The position numbers and the translations under genes are program-made. A stretch of 64,000 nt of DNA from the human T2T-CHM13v2.0 reference genome, Homo sapiens, in the NCBI RefSeq assembly GCF_009914755.1, contig NC_060928.1; one strand, 5' to 3'. Positions 49,725 to 61,887 of this stretch are shown piece after piece (the stretch's first letter is position 1; each line of letters starts with the position of its first letter). The notes beneath the pieces are model-generated. The model saw only the letters and a program-made list of their open reading frames with translations. It searched no databases and was not told where the DNA came from.

Positions 49725-49832
49725 GTTCAGTGTGGACGAGGGCCTCACCTGGAGCACGCACAACTTCACCAGCACCTCGGTGTTTGTGGACGGGCTGCTG
49801 AGTGAGCCAGGGGACGAGACGCTGGTCATGAC
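49725..49832 (+). CDS. SORCS2: SORCS2 exon 14 (108 nt), Asp-box SVDEGLTW
   Basis: ctcctggcag|G TTC; encodes FSVDEGLTWSTHNFTSTSVFVDGLLSEPGDETLVM(T); donor GAC|gtgagt. Confidence 0.98.
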
Positions 49833-50544
49833 GTGAGTGCGGGGACCGGGGAGTGGGCACTGGTGGCAGGGCAGAGCCATGCTGGGCCTCCCTGGGCCTA
49901 CTGTGTCCTTCACCCCCCAGCCACCTGGGAATCAGGGACATCTGCCACCTGCCCCAGGTCCCCTTGCTGGTGAGGACAGGACCGAGGCTCCAGGCCGGCT
50001 CCACCATGGCCACGGCACCTCTTGAGCCGGTGATTATATCATGAGTATTGCTATCTACTGGCACCTTTCTCAGCCATATGGCATGAAGGTCATATGGCTT
50101 AGGGCCTGACACCCAGACAGATCATCATAGGGCAGAGCTGGCTGTGACCCTCTCGTCACCCATCCCGGGGTCTGAGGCTGCAGCACTGGCCCTGCCCGGC
50201 TTCCTTCTGCTCAGCCCCAGCTTGGGCCAAAAAAGGCACCATGAGGGGCAAAGGGGCCTCAGGAGCCTCTGTCGTTCAGAGCCTCTCTGGCCCAGGAGCA
50301 GAGACGCTTAGGACAGTGGGGACATGCGGCGTTCGACTGCACCGCTGCGGCCGCAATGGGAGACAGCCGTGCCCAGAAACCAGTGAAGTGAAGGTTCCTC
50401 TGGGCGCCCTCGAACATGGGCCCCTGTGAGCCCAGCTGATTCACAGGCTGGGCGAGGCCTGTGTGTCTAACGGCTCCTGCGACCCCGCGCTGTGGCACGG
50501 TGAGGCCACCGTGTCCTCTTCCTGCCTTTCACGGTGATGCCTGA

Positions 50545-50990
50545 GATATCTGAATAGTGTGTCCCAAATTCCTGTTTCCCCGGAACCATGAATGGGACCT
50601 TATTTGGAAATGGGGTTATCGTCAATATAATTAAGCCAAGATGAGGCCATGGAGTAGGGCGGACCCCGGTCCAATGACTGTGTCCTTACAAGAGGACACA
50701 GAGACACAGGCCTTGGGGGAGGAGGCCGGGGAGGGAGGAGGCATGGAGTGGAGCTGTGCAGCTGCAAGCCCAGGAACACCCAGGGCCCCCAGGAGCTGGA
50801 AGGGGCAGGAAGCCTCCGCCTCTAGAGCCTCTAGAGGGAGCTCAGCCCTGCCGACCCCTGGATTTCAGCCTTCTGGCCTCCAGAGCGCTGAGAGAGCATG
50901 TGAGCAATGCTTCAGGGTGGGAGAGCATGTGTGTGATGACTGAAGCCAGCAGAGTTCATGGTAATTTGCCACAGTAGCCCCACGAGGCTG
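50545..50990 (+). mobile_element. MaLR solo LTR (MLT1B/C-like)
   Basis: tgaatagtgtgtcccaaattc...gaccttatttggaaatgggg...tccaatgactgtgtcctta...ttctggcctccaga...tggtaatttgccacagtagccc. Confidence 0.8.
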
Positions 50991-51536
50991 CCGCGACAGC
51001 CCACAGCTCTTCCACCTCAAGGCCTAGGCACAGGGAGATTGGACACCTGGACTTTGAACACCTTGTCCTCTGCTCTGTCCCTTCTAGAGCAGGCAGGACC
51101 TGCCCTACCCATTTCCCACAGAAGAGCTGGGCACTGTGCCCCTCACCCTCACCCACTCGGCTGGAGTGGCCATGTGCTCTGTGGCAGGTGTGGATCTATG
51201 GACTGGGACTACCCTCTGGCTGGGTTCAGCAGGAAGTGCTGGCCTGGCTCATTCACCAGTTCACACCCTGAGTTTTCCCTTCCAGCTGGCAATGGGCCTT
51301 CACACCCTCGACCCTGAGTGGCTCTTCCACTGGCCCCTGAATGCCCCAGAGGGGCCCACGTGGATAAGCCGCCCAAGAGTGCCTGACCCCAGCCTCTATC
51401 TCCCTCCATGTGCCCCACCCTCCCCAGCAGGCGCACAGCTCCCAGGAGGCCACGGGAGGACAGCTCCAGGCTGTGGGGAGCAGGCCTGGTTTTGGAAAGA
51501 AACTGCCCAGCTGGGACAATGCTGCCCATCCTGCCC

Positions 51537-52420
51537 AGGCTGGCCTCTGCCTGGACAGGGATGAGGCTGGGCTCCGCCTGGGCAGGGATGAGGCTGGGCT
51601 CCGCCTGGGCAGGGATGAGGCTGGGCTCTGTCTGGGCAGGGATGAGGCTGAGCTCTGTCTGGGCAGGGATGAGGCTGGGCTCCGCCTGGACAGAGATGAG
51701 GCTGGGCTCTGTCTGGGCAGGGATGAGGCTGGGCTCTGCCTGGACAGAGATGAGGCTGGGCTCCGTCTGGGCAGGGATGAGGCTGGGCTCCGTCTGGGCA
51801 GGGATGAGGCTGGGCTCCGCCTGGGCAGGGATGAGGCTGGGCTCCGCCTGGGCAGGGATGAGGCTGGGCTCCGTCTGGGCAGGGATGAGGCTGGGCTCTG
51901 TCTGGGCAGGGATGAGGCTGGGCTCTGTCTGGGCAGGGATGAGGCTGGGCTCTGCCTGGACAGAGATGAGGCTGGGCTCTGTCTGGGCAGGGATGAGGCT
52001 GGGCAGGGATGAGGCTGGGCTCTGCCTGGACAGAGATGAGGCTGGGCTCCGCCTGGGCAGGGATGAGGCTGGGCTCCGCCTGGGCAGGGATGAGGCTGGG
52101 CTCTGTCTGGGCAGGGATGAGGCTGGGCTCTGCCTGGACAGACATGAGGCTGGGCTCTGTCTGGGCAGGGATGAGGCTGGGCAGGGATGAGGCTGGCCTC
52201 TGCCTGGACAGGGATGAGGCTGGGCTCCGCCTGGGCAGGGATGAGGCTGGGCTCCTCCTGGGCAGGGATGAGGCTGGGCTCTGCCTGGACAGAGATGAGG
52301 CTGGGCTCTGTCTGGGCAGGGATGAGGCTGGGCTCTGCCTGGACAGAGATGAGGCTGGGCTCTGTCTGGGCAGGGATGAGGCTGGGCTCTGTCTGGGCAG
52401 GGATGAGGCTGGACTCTGCA
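51537..52420. repeat. 27-bp G-rich VNTR, about 33 units (GGGCAGGGATGAGGCTGGGCTCYGYCT)
   Basis: 9-aa periodicity in the ORF track; two 16-nt truncated units at 51985 and 52163. Confidence 0.97.
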
Positions 52421-55400
52421 GGGCTAGAGTATGTCCCCTCGTTTGTTGGGGAGGTTGGGCAGACGCAACCCCTGAGCTCCCCTGGCTGCTGTGGCTGGGA
52501 GACACCACCACTGACCCCTGCTGCTTTCCTGCTCACCACCCGTCACACCCACCCACCCTCAACCAGCTCTGCTGCTTGACAATTAAAGAAACTGAGGCTC
52601 TGAGAGGGGAGGTACCTTGAGCAAAACCTGTGGCCAAGTCCAGCCCATGTGGGCACTCCAGGGCAGCTCTGTGGGCAGCAGCCTGTCCTCTCCGGGCCGA
52701 GCAGAGGTGGGACCCCCTATGAGGATGCTCTTCTGCAATGCCATCATCCAATGCACGTTTATTGAGCACCTATTATGTGCCAGGTGCTGTTTGAGGTGCC
52801 AGGAGTGTTGGCAACACAGCACACTCAGCCCTGGCTTTAGGGACCTCTGATCATGGAGAACGGGAACTTGTCCTCACACTCAGAGGACACCTAGTCTGCC
52901 TCCCAGCTCCTGGCCAAGGAGGATGGAAGCTGGACGTCGGATTTAGCAGCAAGAAGCCATCAGTTCCAGCTGAGCCAGGGTGGGAAACCAGGTTTCGGGA
53001 AACTGAGATTGCGTGGGGCACAAGGACAGGGAAGAAGTGGTGAGTGTGGACCCCTCTCAGGGTATTTAAGATGAGCGGGTCAGCAACAGCGCGAATTCCT
53101 GCCGCCTTCAATTCAGTCCCAGCCCAGAAGGGCCTTCCCTGCCACCAGGCCTGGGCTGCCTGGCCCTCACCCCTTCGAGGATCTGATCCCATCTGCAGGG
53201 TTGCCCTTGCTGGTGGCTGTGCCCTGCCCCAGGCTCCAGGAGGGACTGGTTCTGCTGGCTTCACTGGTGCGTCCCCAGGCCACGCACAGCACCAGGCATG
53301 GAAGAGGCGCTTGATGCTCAGTGAATGTGGCTTGAATAAATGGGTGGTGATGCACCTGTGAGGATGACACAGGGGTGGAGACAGACGCTCATGGGGATGA
53401 GCTTGTGCAAGCACCGCCTGCAGGGGCCTGGCTGGGGAGAGGTGAGCTGGGCCCATCACCCCCAGGACCAGGGCCCAGCCAGCACAGCTCACACAGCTCC
53501 GCCCCCGTCTCCAAATCAGGATGCTTCTCGCCAGGCTGGTGTCCCTGGACAATGGACTGCACACGCTGCACCTTGGTTTCCACAGCCCCGAAACTGGGAA
53601 ATGAGTCGGCTTGAGGAGCTGTCAGGAGGATTCCGGGAAGCAGAACGTCTGTGCCCAGGAAATGACATTTCCCTTCCAGAGACCTGGGCTTCCTTGTCTG
53701 TAGCATGGGGACTTAAACTCCACGAGGTTGCCGCAAATGAGCCCTCAACTGATGCTCACCTGTGATGCTTGGGGCCTTCTTGCTTCCTGGGTGATGAGCA
53801 AGAAATCACCTGCTTAGACTCTGATTCTAGTATAGAGGCCTGGCTTCCGCCCACTCCACAGCAGACAGACAGGTCCCGGCTGGCCTTCCCAGGCCATGCA
53901 TTGTGGTGGGATTGAGGGGATGCTTGGGACAGCTCTGCTTCCCAGCTGGGGTCCCGGGTGGGTGGGAGCGTTATTCCCAAGAAGGCGAGGGCCCCCTTCA
54001 CTGGTCTCACTGAACATCCAGTACCCGCCACGGGTGGGTCCCGCTGGCCGGCTGACCTTTGATCCTGTATCCGTGTGTTCTCGATGGCATGCGATGGTGC
54101 TTCTGGGTGGTCTTGTCCTTCAGCGCCCCGGGAGAACAGTGAGCCCCTTCCCCTCCCACAGTCTGGGGGGCGTCTTCCCCTTCCTGGACCCTCTGCCCCA
54201 AGTCCTCCCTCCGTCTTTACCAATATGGCCTCCTGCGACAGGGGCTGCAACGCAGCTTTAGTGAGCGCCCCACTGCATACTACGGGCTGTTTTCATACGT
54301 GACTTCAGGCCATTCTCATAAGAAATGTAGACAGATTGATTTATTCCTCCATTTTTAGAGGTGCCAACACGTCTCAAAGAATTCATCCCTGAGGGAGTGG
54401 TGGGAGGATGGGGACCCTGGGAGCCTGTCCTGTAAAAATTGGGTGGGGATAATCACCCTTCCTGTTCTTTAAGGGTCCTGATGTTTGCAGTTTTCCCTGA
54501 ACAGTTAATTCCTGCTCTGGCCAGGCCCTGGATGCATAAAATCCTTCATGACTTTTGCCCAGTCTCGTGCCCCCGGAGGCCGTGGTCTGGGACAGAATGG
54601 GATGGTCCTGCCTTTTCCTGCAGCTGCAGGACCTCCTGTGGCCTTTACGGGGATGGGGAGTGAGGGAGGAAGGGAGTCCCGCCACCAGGCACTCTGCCTG
54701 CACTCTGTTTGTGTTGTGGGCCTTTCATGTGGTCAAGCCGTTCCTGAGGCCAGAACCCGCAGAGCCGCGGGGGGCCAGCAGTGCAGGGGTGAGGGCGGCC
54801 CTTACTCCTCACACAGAGGTTGACAGCCTTCTCCGGGCCTCAGCTTACCTGGCCAAGAGATGGGAGTGCTGTCCATCCGGGAGCCGTGAACGAGCCTGTC
54901 TCTGCAGGGTGCCAAGCCCTTCGCCCCGGCTGTCATGAGGTCTGAGCCTTGGTTAGGCCCCAGAGATGACCCAGCCTTCATCCCCCACCCACAGGTGAGG
55001 CATTTTATCCCAGAAGGATAATGGCCGAATTCACAGCCAGGTGCTATAACCTTTTAAGTTATTTTTCAAGCAACAGAACAGTTCCTCCAGACCCCCTGGT
55101 TCACAGTGCTGCATCTTCAGACAGCTTCCCAGTCCCAGTGACATACAAATAACTCAAACTGCAGGAGAGGGAACACGCTGGCAGGTCAGACTCAAAGTCC
55201 CTCTGCAGGGGTCTGTACGGGAGCTGCCCTGCCGGAGAGTTCCCACAGCCACAGGCTCAGCTTTCGGCCACTCTGTCCTTCCCGGATAACTGTTTGGTAC
55301 AAATCTGCCCAAAGGCCACCTCTAACCTGGCCAGAGGCAACTTTTGGGACACTTTCCTGGCACCAGTCACTTTCACCTGCCTCTCTTTCCCCACAGTGCA

Positions 55401-57289
55401 GCCTCAGAGCAGGGAGGGGTCCCCAGGCCCTGGGCTTGGGCGAGAGGTGGAGTGGAGGCTCCCAGAGCCTTCCCTGGCTACATGGTTCACCCCTCGCAGC
55501 GTGGCCCATTTTTTCCTCGTTACCTGCAAAGTAATATCTAGACCCCTTCGGCACCTCTTTCCTAAGACCCAGAATTAACTAGATGGCAGCTCTTTCTCAT
55601 GGTATCAGCTGAGGGTTGAGGTTTCATAAAAGGCAGGGCTTCAGGGACATGCAGGGGGTTAATTAGTCAACCAAACCAGCCTCTCTGCTCTGCCCCAGCT
55701 CAGAACAGCGGTGAGACTGAGGCCTCCTGGGGGTCTCTGCGACCAATGGAGCCCCAGTGTCATGTTTCTGCACCCGCCATGTTTCTGCGCAGAGCCTCAC
55801 AGCTCCAGAGCCACCAGCCCGGGTTCCAACGCCGCCCCTCCAGGAGGTGGCCTGAAGCTGTGCTGCCCTGGCCGGGTCCCTTGCCTCAGCCTCAGTTTCC
55901 TTGTCTGTAAAAGGGGGCTTGGCAAGGAGGAAATGGGGGAATACAAGGTCACGCCTGGGCCCGGCCTGCAGTGGGTGCTCCGTATGCACCAGTGGCTGCT
56001 GCTGCTGCTGTACCTTCCATAATGCCACAGGCCACAGGAGAGTGTGAGGATGCTCTCAGGGATCCAGAAGTTTCCCCTAAAAAATCATTTCTTAAGTGAG
56101 AGAAGACCCTCAGACGCTGTTTAAGAGACCAATGCCCCAGGCATTGTTTGGACAGCGATGTTGAAGGAAGATCCCAGTGTGTTGAGTTGGGGCTCTCCAA
56201 TGTTGAGGCCGTCCAAGTGGGGTCCATCTGGAGACAGATGGCACCCTCATCCCAATCACGGGTGCCCTGGAGCCAAGACCACTCACAGCCGGGGCCACCG
56301 TGCAGGCCCACAAGATTCCTCTGTTGGAAACAGTGCCTGCAGAAGCGGGCGGACGCGGCAGAGTCACAGCCGTACCTGGGGGCCTTCCCCTGTCCTTGGT
56401 GGGTGTTGCCACTAGCAGCTAGGAGGGCTCCCAGGCCGAGGGCTCAAGCCCCATTTCCCCACTCCTCTGAGAAAGAATGGTCTGGGGCTCCTGAACCCCA
56501 CGCACAGAGAAGAAAGCAGATGGGACTGTGAGCCCAGAACCAGGGGCCTGGCTGGAATGAGGCCTGGCAGCGACGTGGCAGGAATGCGGGATGGAACCAG
56601 CCTGGCTGCTCCCTCGACGAGCTGGCCTTAGGGAGCACAGGGAGGCAGGGTCCCCGGGGGGAAGGTCCAGCTAAGACAGAGGGAGGCCCCATGCTCAGCT
56701 TGCAGAGGCTTAGGGTTTCATCAAACAAAGACAATAGTGTCTGCCTCTTGGGACTGTTCTGGAGAGTGGAGGCAAATGCGAGGTCACAGATGTAATTCAA
56801 GCATGGACCGCCGCAGGCTTGCCTGGCTGAGAGGTGCCCCGTGGAGCCAAATCTTCAAATATCAGCCTCAGATGCTCAGACCCAGCTGTCATGTCTCAGA
56901 AATACCCTACAAAACCTCTTTCAACACCTCCCTAGAATGGGGTTGTCCTTTCAGCTCATCATGGGCCACCCCAAGTATCCATCCCCAGTTGGGGGTGCTC
57001 AGACAGGGACCAGACTGGAGCAGCGTGCATCACCTCCCCGACCCAGATGCTTGGCCTCTGGTAATATGGCCGGAGCACCACAAGCTGGACTGGAGAAGGC
57101 CCAGGGAAGAGCAGGCTGGGCCCACCTTCTGGGTGGTCTTTGGAGCCTAAGTGTGTGGTACTGAGGGATGGAGTGGAAGGCACTCAGGCAGCAGCCCTCC
57201 CAGAGAGGGAGAAAGCGAGGCACCTGAGTGCCATTCTGAGTGATGGGCACACAGCAATGACTGCTGACTGCAAGGAGGGAGAAGGAACA

Positions 57290-57370
57290 GCACAAACAAG
57301 CTGTGTGACCTTGGGCAAGTTACTCAACCTCTCTGTGCCTCGGCTTTCCATTCTGTAAAACGGGCGGACC
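57290..57370 (+). mobile_element. MIR relic
   Basis: agctgtgtgaccttgggcaagttactcaacctctctgtgcctcggctttccattctgtaaaacggg. Confidence 0.8.
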
Positions 57371-57414
57371 CGGCCTACCAGGCTGTGCATGCATAGCTTC
57401 CAGCACCCATGGAT

Positions 57415-57659
57415 GCCGCAGGGTGCCTCCCCACCTCCAAGAAGTCTTCAGGGAATCCCCAGCACCTTTAGATGTCCAGGCCTCCTGTGGGCTTTTCTAG
57501 ACCCTTCTCGGTCATGGAGCTACCTGGGCTGAGGGTCCTCAGCCACACTCAGGGAGTGTGGGGCCACAGGCTCTACCCCAGCCCATGGAGTCCAGTGTGC
57601 TTGGGGTTCAGGATGTTCAGATCTTAGGAAGGTAACACAGGCCTGTACCATACATGACA
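57415..57659 (+). repeat. Copy 1 of an approximately 250-bp dispersed direct repeat, upstream of exon 15
   Basis: Aligns to 58518-58771 from gccgcaggg to ctgtaccatacatgaca. Confidence 0.95.
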
Positions 57660-58308
57660 CCCTAAGTGGCCAGCCTCCCTATTCTGTCTTCCGCCTCTTC
57701 CCCCACCCACCTAGGCTGCGACGGGCCAACCTTGCTCATCCTGTGGGCTCTGCGCTGAGCCTGCTGACTTGTTATTTCTCTTTGAATCGCCACCTCTACT
57801 AGGGAGCAAATGCCCTGTGGCCCAGCGATAGAAAGCTGGGTTTCTGCAGCACGGAACCCTCACACGGTCGGGCTGGGAGAAAGCCAGGGAGAAGCCAGAC
57901 AGCTGCAGATGCAGCCACCTGACCACAGATCATTCCGCAAAACAATGCAAGGACCACTGTGGGGGCCGTGGAAGGGCTCCCAACTCTGCTGTGGATCTGG
58001 GCCTCCTTCCCTGTCCATCAAGCGGGGCCACTGGGGGCCAACCAGAGCGACTCACGCAGTACAATTGACAAGTCATAGATCACAGGTGGTAGTTGTGGGA
58101 ATATTCACGCCGAAGCCTACAGAGCACGTGTGCAGGGCCAGGCTCGGTGACCGGGGCAGCCTCGCTCTGATCTCCAGCAAGGGCAGGAGAAGGATATCTG
58201 TGCCCATGGTACAGGTAGGAACAGAGTCCAGAGGGGACATGATTTGCACAGTAGGACAAGGCCTAATGAAGGTGGTTTTCTCTCCCTTCCCTCCTCTTCC
58301 CACCCCAG

Positions 58309-58429
58309 GGTCTTTGGCCACATCAGCTTCCGCTCCGACTGGGAGCTGGTCAAGGTGGACTTCCGGCCCTCATTCTCCAGGCAGTGCGGCGAGGAGGACT
58401 ACAGCTCCTGGGAGCTCTCCAACCTGCAG
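58309..58429 (+). CDS. SORCS2: SORCS2 exon 15 (121 nt), end of propeller and start of 10CC
   Basis: caccccag|G GTC; encodes VFGHISFRSDWELVKVDFRPSFSRQCGEEDYSSWELSNLQ; donor CAG|gtgggc. Confidence 0.98.
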
Positions 58430-58517
58430 GTGGGCCGGCATGAGGCTGGGATCGGGCAGGTGGGGTACAGACTGCAAACACAGGCCCACTCTGCCTGCCA
58501 AAGTCCTCCCCTGCAAG

Positions 58518-58771
58518 GCCGCAGGGCACCTCCCCGCCTCCAAGAAGTCTTCAGGGAATCCCCAGCGCCTTGAGATGTCCAGGCCTCCTGTGGGCTTTTC
58601 CAGACCCTTCTCGGTCATGGAGCTACCTGGGCTGAGGGTCCTCAGCCACACTCGGGGAGTGTGGGGCTACAGGGGCTACAGTCTCTACTCCAGCCCATGG
58701 AGTCCAGTATGCTTGGGGTTCAGGATGTTCAGATCTTAGGAAGGTAACACAGGCCTGTACCATACATGACA
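58518..58771 (+). repeat. Copy 2 of the approximately 250-bp direct repeat, downstream of exon 15
   Basis: Near-identical to 57415-57659 with a 9-nt length difference around ggggctacaggggctacag. Confidence 0.95.
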
Positions 58772-58991
58772 TTGGGGTCTGGGTGTGGAGTGGGGTCTGG
58801 GGCAAGCCCACACTGTAATTGAGACACATAACTGTTTCTACAGCAAATGTGTAATATGGACACTAAGAGGAGTATAAAGACCATCAGTGGCCCATCTGTA
58901 GTTCCAATCAGGCTGTGCTGCTGGCAGTGTGGTGGGGAAGCCTGGGATTTCAGAGTGTGGGGGCCTGGAACTGCTGGGGGGTGGGTGGCCC

Positions 58992-59381
58992 TGTTGAAGA
59001 AATGATTTAATGGTACTTGTTAAAGCGCGAGGTGGAAGACTTTACTCAAGACCATCACGGTGGGTACAGGGACCCTCTCAAAGGAGAGATTGGGCTCAAC
59101 TTGAATTCAGCATGGGCAAATGGGAGTTCAAAGCCAAGGTCAGTGGGTGGAAACTGACTAAGAGGAAACACCAGGCATCAGAGAATTTGACATCACCTGG
59201 GGGGCAGTGGGGGATGAGGAAGCCTATCGGATAGGGAGGGCGATCGGATATCAAGGGTGGGCGGTGCCTGCCAAACTGCCTTAGCAGGGTGCATTGCTTA
59301 AGCTGGATTTCACAAGGAAGTGCTCAGATGGGCCTAGGAGGAGGTTTAGGAGCTTGAATACAGGCCACCGGGCATCCTCAC
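58992..59381 (-). mobile_element. ERV1 LTR relic (MER31-like), antisense
   Basis: gatgaggaa..ctatcggata..gagggcgatcggatatcaagggtggg...aaactgccttagcagg is the reverse of the MER31-type core. Confidence 0.6.
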
Positions 59382-59815
59382 TGGCCCCACCCCTGTCACT
59401 GCCACAGCAGCTGTTGCAGGGAGATGGGGGTAGGCCTGTCTTGTCCTGATTGTCCCCTGAGGACCCACTGTGTGCCTGTGAGCCCTCGAGGGCGTGGCTC
59501 AGCCCAGCTCCCACACAGCAGCTGAGGGGACGAGGGGAACCTCAAAAGGGCTGCACTTCCAGCAGCTCTGCGACCCCTCGGGCCCAGCCAGGGCTGCACA
59601 CAGGAGGGGCTCAGTGAATGCCCATGGGTTGGGATGAGAGGGAGGCTTCCCCAACTTGACTGCAGACATGTCACGCCCCATTATGGGCCTCAGTTTCCCC
59701 ATCTGTAACCTGAGCCATCAGCCATCTTCAGGCTCTGGCAGCCTCAGCGGCACAAGGCCTTGTAGAGCAGTTGCCCTGTCTCAGGCAGCTCCTTACCCTG
59801 ATGTTCCTGCTGCAG

Positions 59816-59949
59816 GGCGACCGCTGTATCATGGGCCAGCAGAGAAGTTTCCGGAAAAGAAAGTCCACGTCCTGGTGCATCAAGGGGAGGAGCTTCACGT
59901 CGGCGCTCACGTCCCGCGTGTGCGAGTGCCGGGACTCGGACTTCCTGTG
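59816..59949 (+). CDS. SORCS2: SORCS2 exon 16 (134 nt), 10CC domain
   Basis: cctgctgcag|GGC; encodes GDRCIMGQQRSFRKRKSTSWCIKGRSFTSALTSRVCECRDSDFL(C); donor GTG|gtgagc. Confidence 0.98.
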
Positions 59950-59969
59950 GTGAGCGACGGGCTCCTGGC

Positions 59970-60185
59970 CACGAGGCCTCAGGCGCTGCTTGAGCATCCT
60001 CACAGCATGGCGGCCACTTCCCTCAGAGTGAGGGAGGAAGCCTCAGCGCCTTTTATAACCTGGTGTCACAGTCGCACACTGCCACTTCTGCCTCATTCCA
60101 TCTGTTAGAACCAAGTCACCAAGACCAGCCCACACTCCAGGAAGGAGCTTTAAGGAATTTGTGGGTGCATTTTTAAACCTTCTCA
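59970..60185 (-). mobile_element. Old MLT1-type LTR relic directly after the exon 16 donor
   Basis: tgagcatcctcacagcatggcggc...ccttttataacct...cacttctgcc..attc...aagtcac..agaccagcccaca. Confidence 0.6.
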
Positions 60186-60758
60186 GTGGCTGCTCACAGG
60201 CAGGAGGAGAAAGTGAGGAACAGGTCAGGGCATCTTGGGGACGTGCTGCACCCACCCCAGCCCTTCTCCATCCAGGGACTCTGCTGAAAGCCACCCGACC
60301 TGTCCCCTGCTATTCTCAAAAGCTGCCTGTGACTGCCCAGTGCCCACAGGACAATTTGGCTAACAGCTCACCCACCTGCCACCTCACCCCTCCTCATCAT
60401 GCGCCCTGGCATTGCAGCCTCCTCCACCTGTACTGGTGCTGCTCAGGCTGGGCCCTGCCAGCAGTGCCTCTCCCTCTCTTTCCCTACCTGTCTCTGTCCA
60501 TCCTTTGAGATTTGCTCACCTCCTCCAGGCAGCCCTCCAGGTTTCTCTGAGTTCACAGCATCCCTTTGCCTCCCTTGTTACCCTGTGTGCCCATCTGGGA
60601 TGGGGCTGTGGGTGTTCCTTGATGTCCTCACAGATGGGTGCATAGCAGGCCCTTGACATGAGGTTCCCTTCTCAGCTCCCCCAGATTTCACCCCAACCCT
60701 GGGTGACTCCGGTTCCCACCTGTGCCCGTCACTTACCACTACTCTTCCCTCCTCCCAG

Positions 60759-60887
60759 CGACTACGGATTTGAGCGCTCCCCCTCCTCAGAGTCCAGCAC
60801 CAACAAGTGCTCTGCCAACTTCTGGTTTAACCCATTGTCCCCGCCTGACGACTGTGCCCTAGGCCAGACCTACACCAGCAGCCTTGG
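60759..60887 (+). CDS. SORCS2: SORCS2 exon 17 (129 nt), 10CC domain
   Basis: cctcccag|C GAC; encodes DYGFERSPSSESSTNKCSANFWFNPLSPPDDCALGQTYTSSL(G); donor TGG|gtgagt. Confidence 0.98.
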
Positions 60888-61887
60888 GTGAGTGTGGGTG
60901 CGGGCCTCTCCCTGCCTAAATCCGGGGGCAGAGCTGTGGTGCAGCCCCGAAACCACGCCTTCCTGGCTGGTGCCTGCAGCTCCCAACTCCCAAGTGGAGT
61001 CGGGGAAAGAGAGGTCAAAGTTGAGGATGCCCCACGCTCACAGCACAGAGCCTGGCTGCGGGGCTCATATGAGTCACCAGACATCATGAGTGAATGACCT
61101 TAGCTCCCAGGCCAAAGGAACCCACAGGGTTCTCCCATCTGAGCCCACATGGGCCAGTGCCAGGAGAAAGCTGCCTTGAGTTGGCTCTGGACAGAGAACA
61201 ATAGACAGAAAAGGTCCAAGGTGCCCATGGCTCACACCTGCTGCAGCACGTCTTCCCCTGGTCTTTCTGAGCCTCTGCAGTGCTAGGACCCTTCTCCATT
61301 TACCGGTGCCCAGTAAGCCAGGCTCTCCCCATTCACCAAGGCTTGGGTGCTGGAGGTGCTCCTGCTGCCTGCAGGTCTCAGCTTAAATGGCACTTCCTCC
61401 AGGAAGCCTTCCCTGACCACCCACTCCTGACCCCGAGCCTGCCTCTGTCACAGCACAAATCCCAGTTATTGTCATCACTCACCTAATTGTCCTCCTTGCT
61501 GAACTGTAAGCTCCACAACACACAGTAGGTGTTCCTTCAGTCTGTGGTTTGCTGAATACAAGCTGTGCATGAGGGGAAGGCATCACCAAGTGCAAGCAGT
61601 TACGATGCTTTTCCTCCACCAGAGGCTGGACATACTGCTATGAAGGATTCAATTCATGTAAAATGTTAGGTACATAAAAGCTGTGAGCCTTCAGCTTTAG
61701 GAGGTCCCAAACGTGCTCCGTCAGAAAGTCCCAATTTCCTCATTTCTCTTTGAGGACATTTTTCAGAGAGGAAGAGAAAAGCCCTTGGGCTTGTTAGAAA
61801 ATCCCCATTACTTCCCCTGAGGGAACTTGAGGAAACAGGAGGCAGGACCAGAAATTGCAGGCTTTGGCCTCACCAGCATGTCTCCTG

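Noticed and set aside
51253-52620. Long ORFs (up to 428 aa) on both strands
   Set aside because: They are translations of the stop-poor 27-bp VNTR, with no promoter, splice or protein-family support.
57810-58739. 309-aa ORF overlapping exon 15; also the 275-281 aa ORFs at 5257, 24637 and 43162
   Set aside because: Out of frame with SORCS2 or running through MIR/LTR relics, with low-complexity composition and no recognisable domain.
60781-60783. Pro codon in ERSPSSES, where I recall some SorCS2 records having Ser
   Set aside because: The recollection cannot be verified without alignment to the reference; at most a polymorphism.
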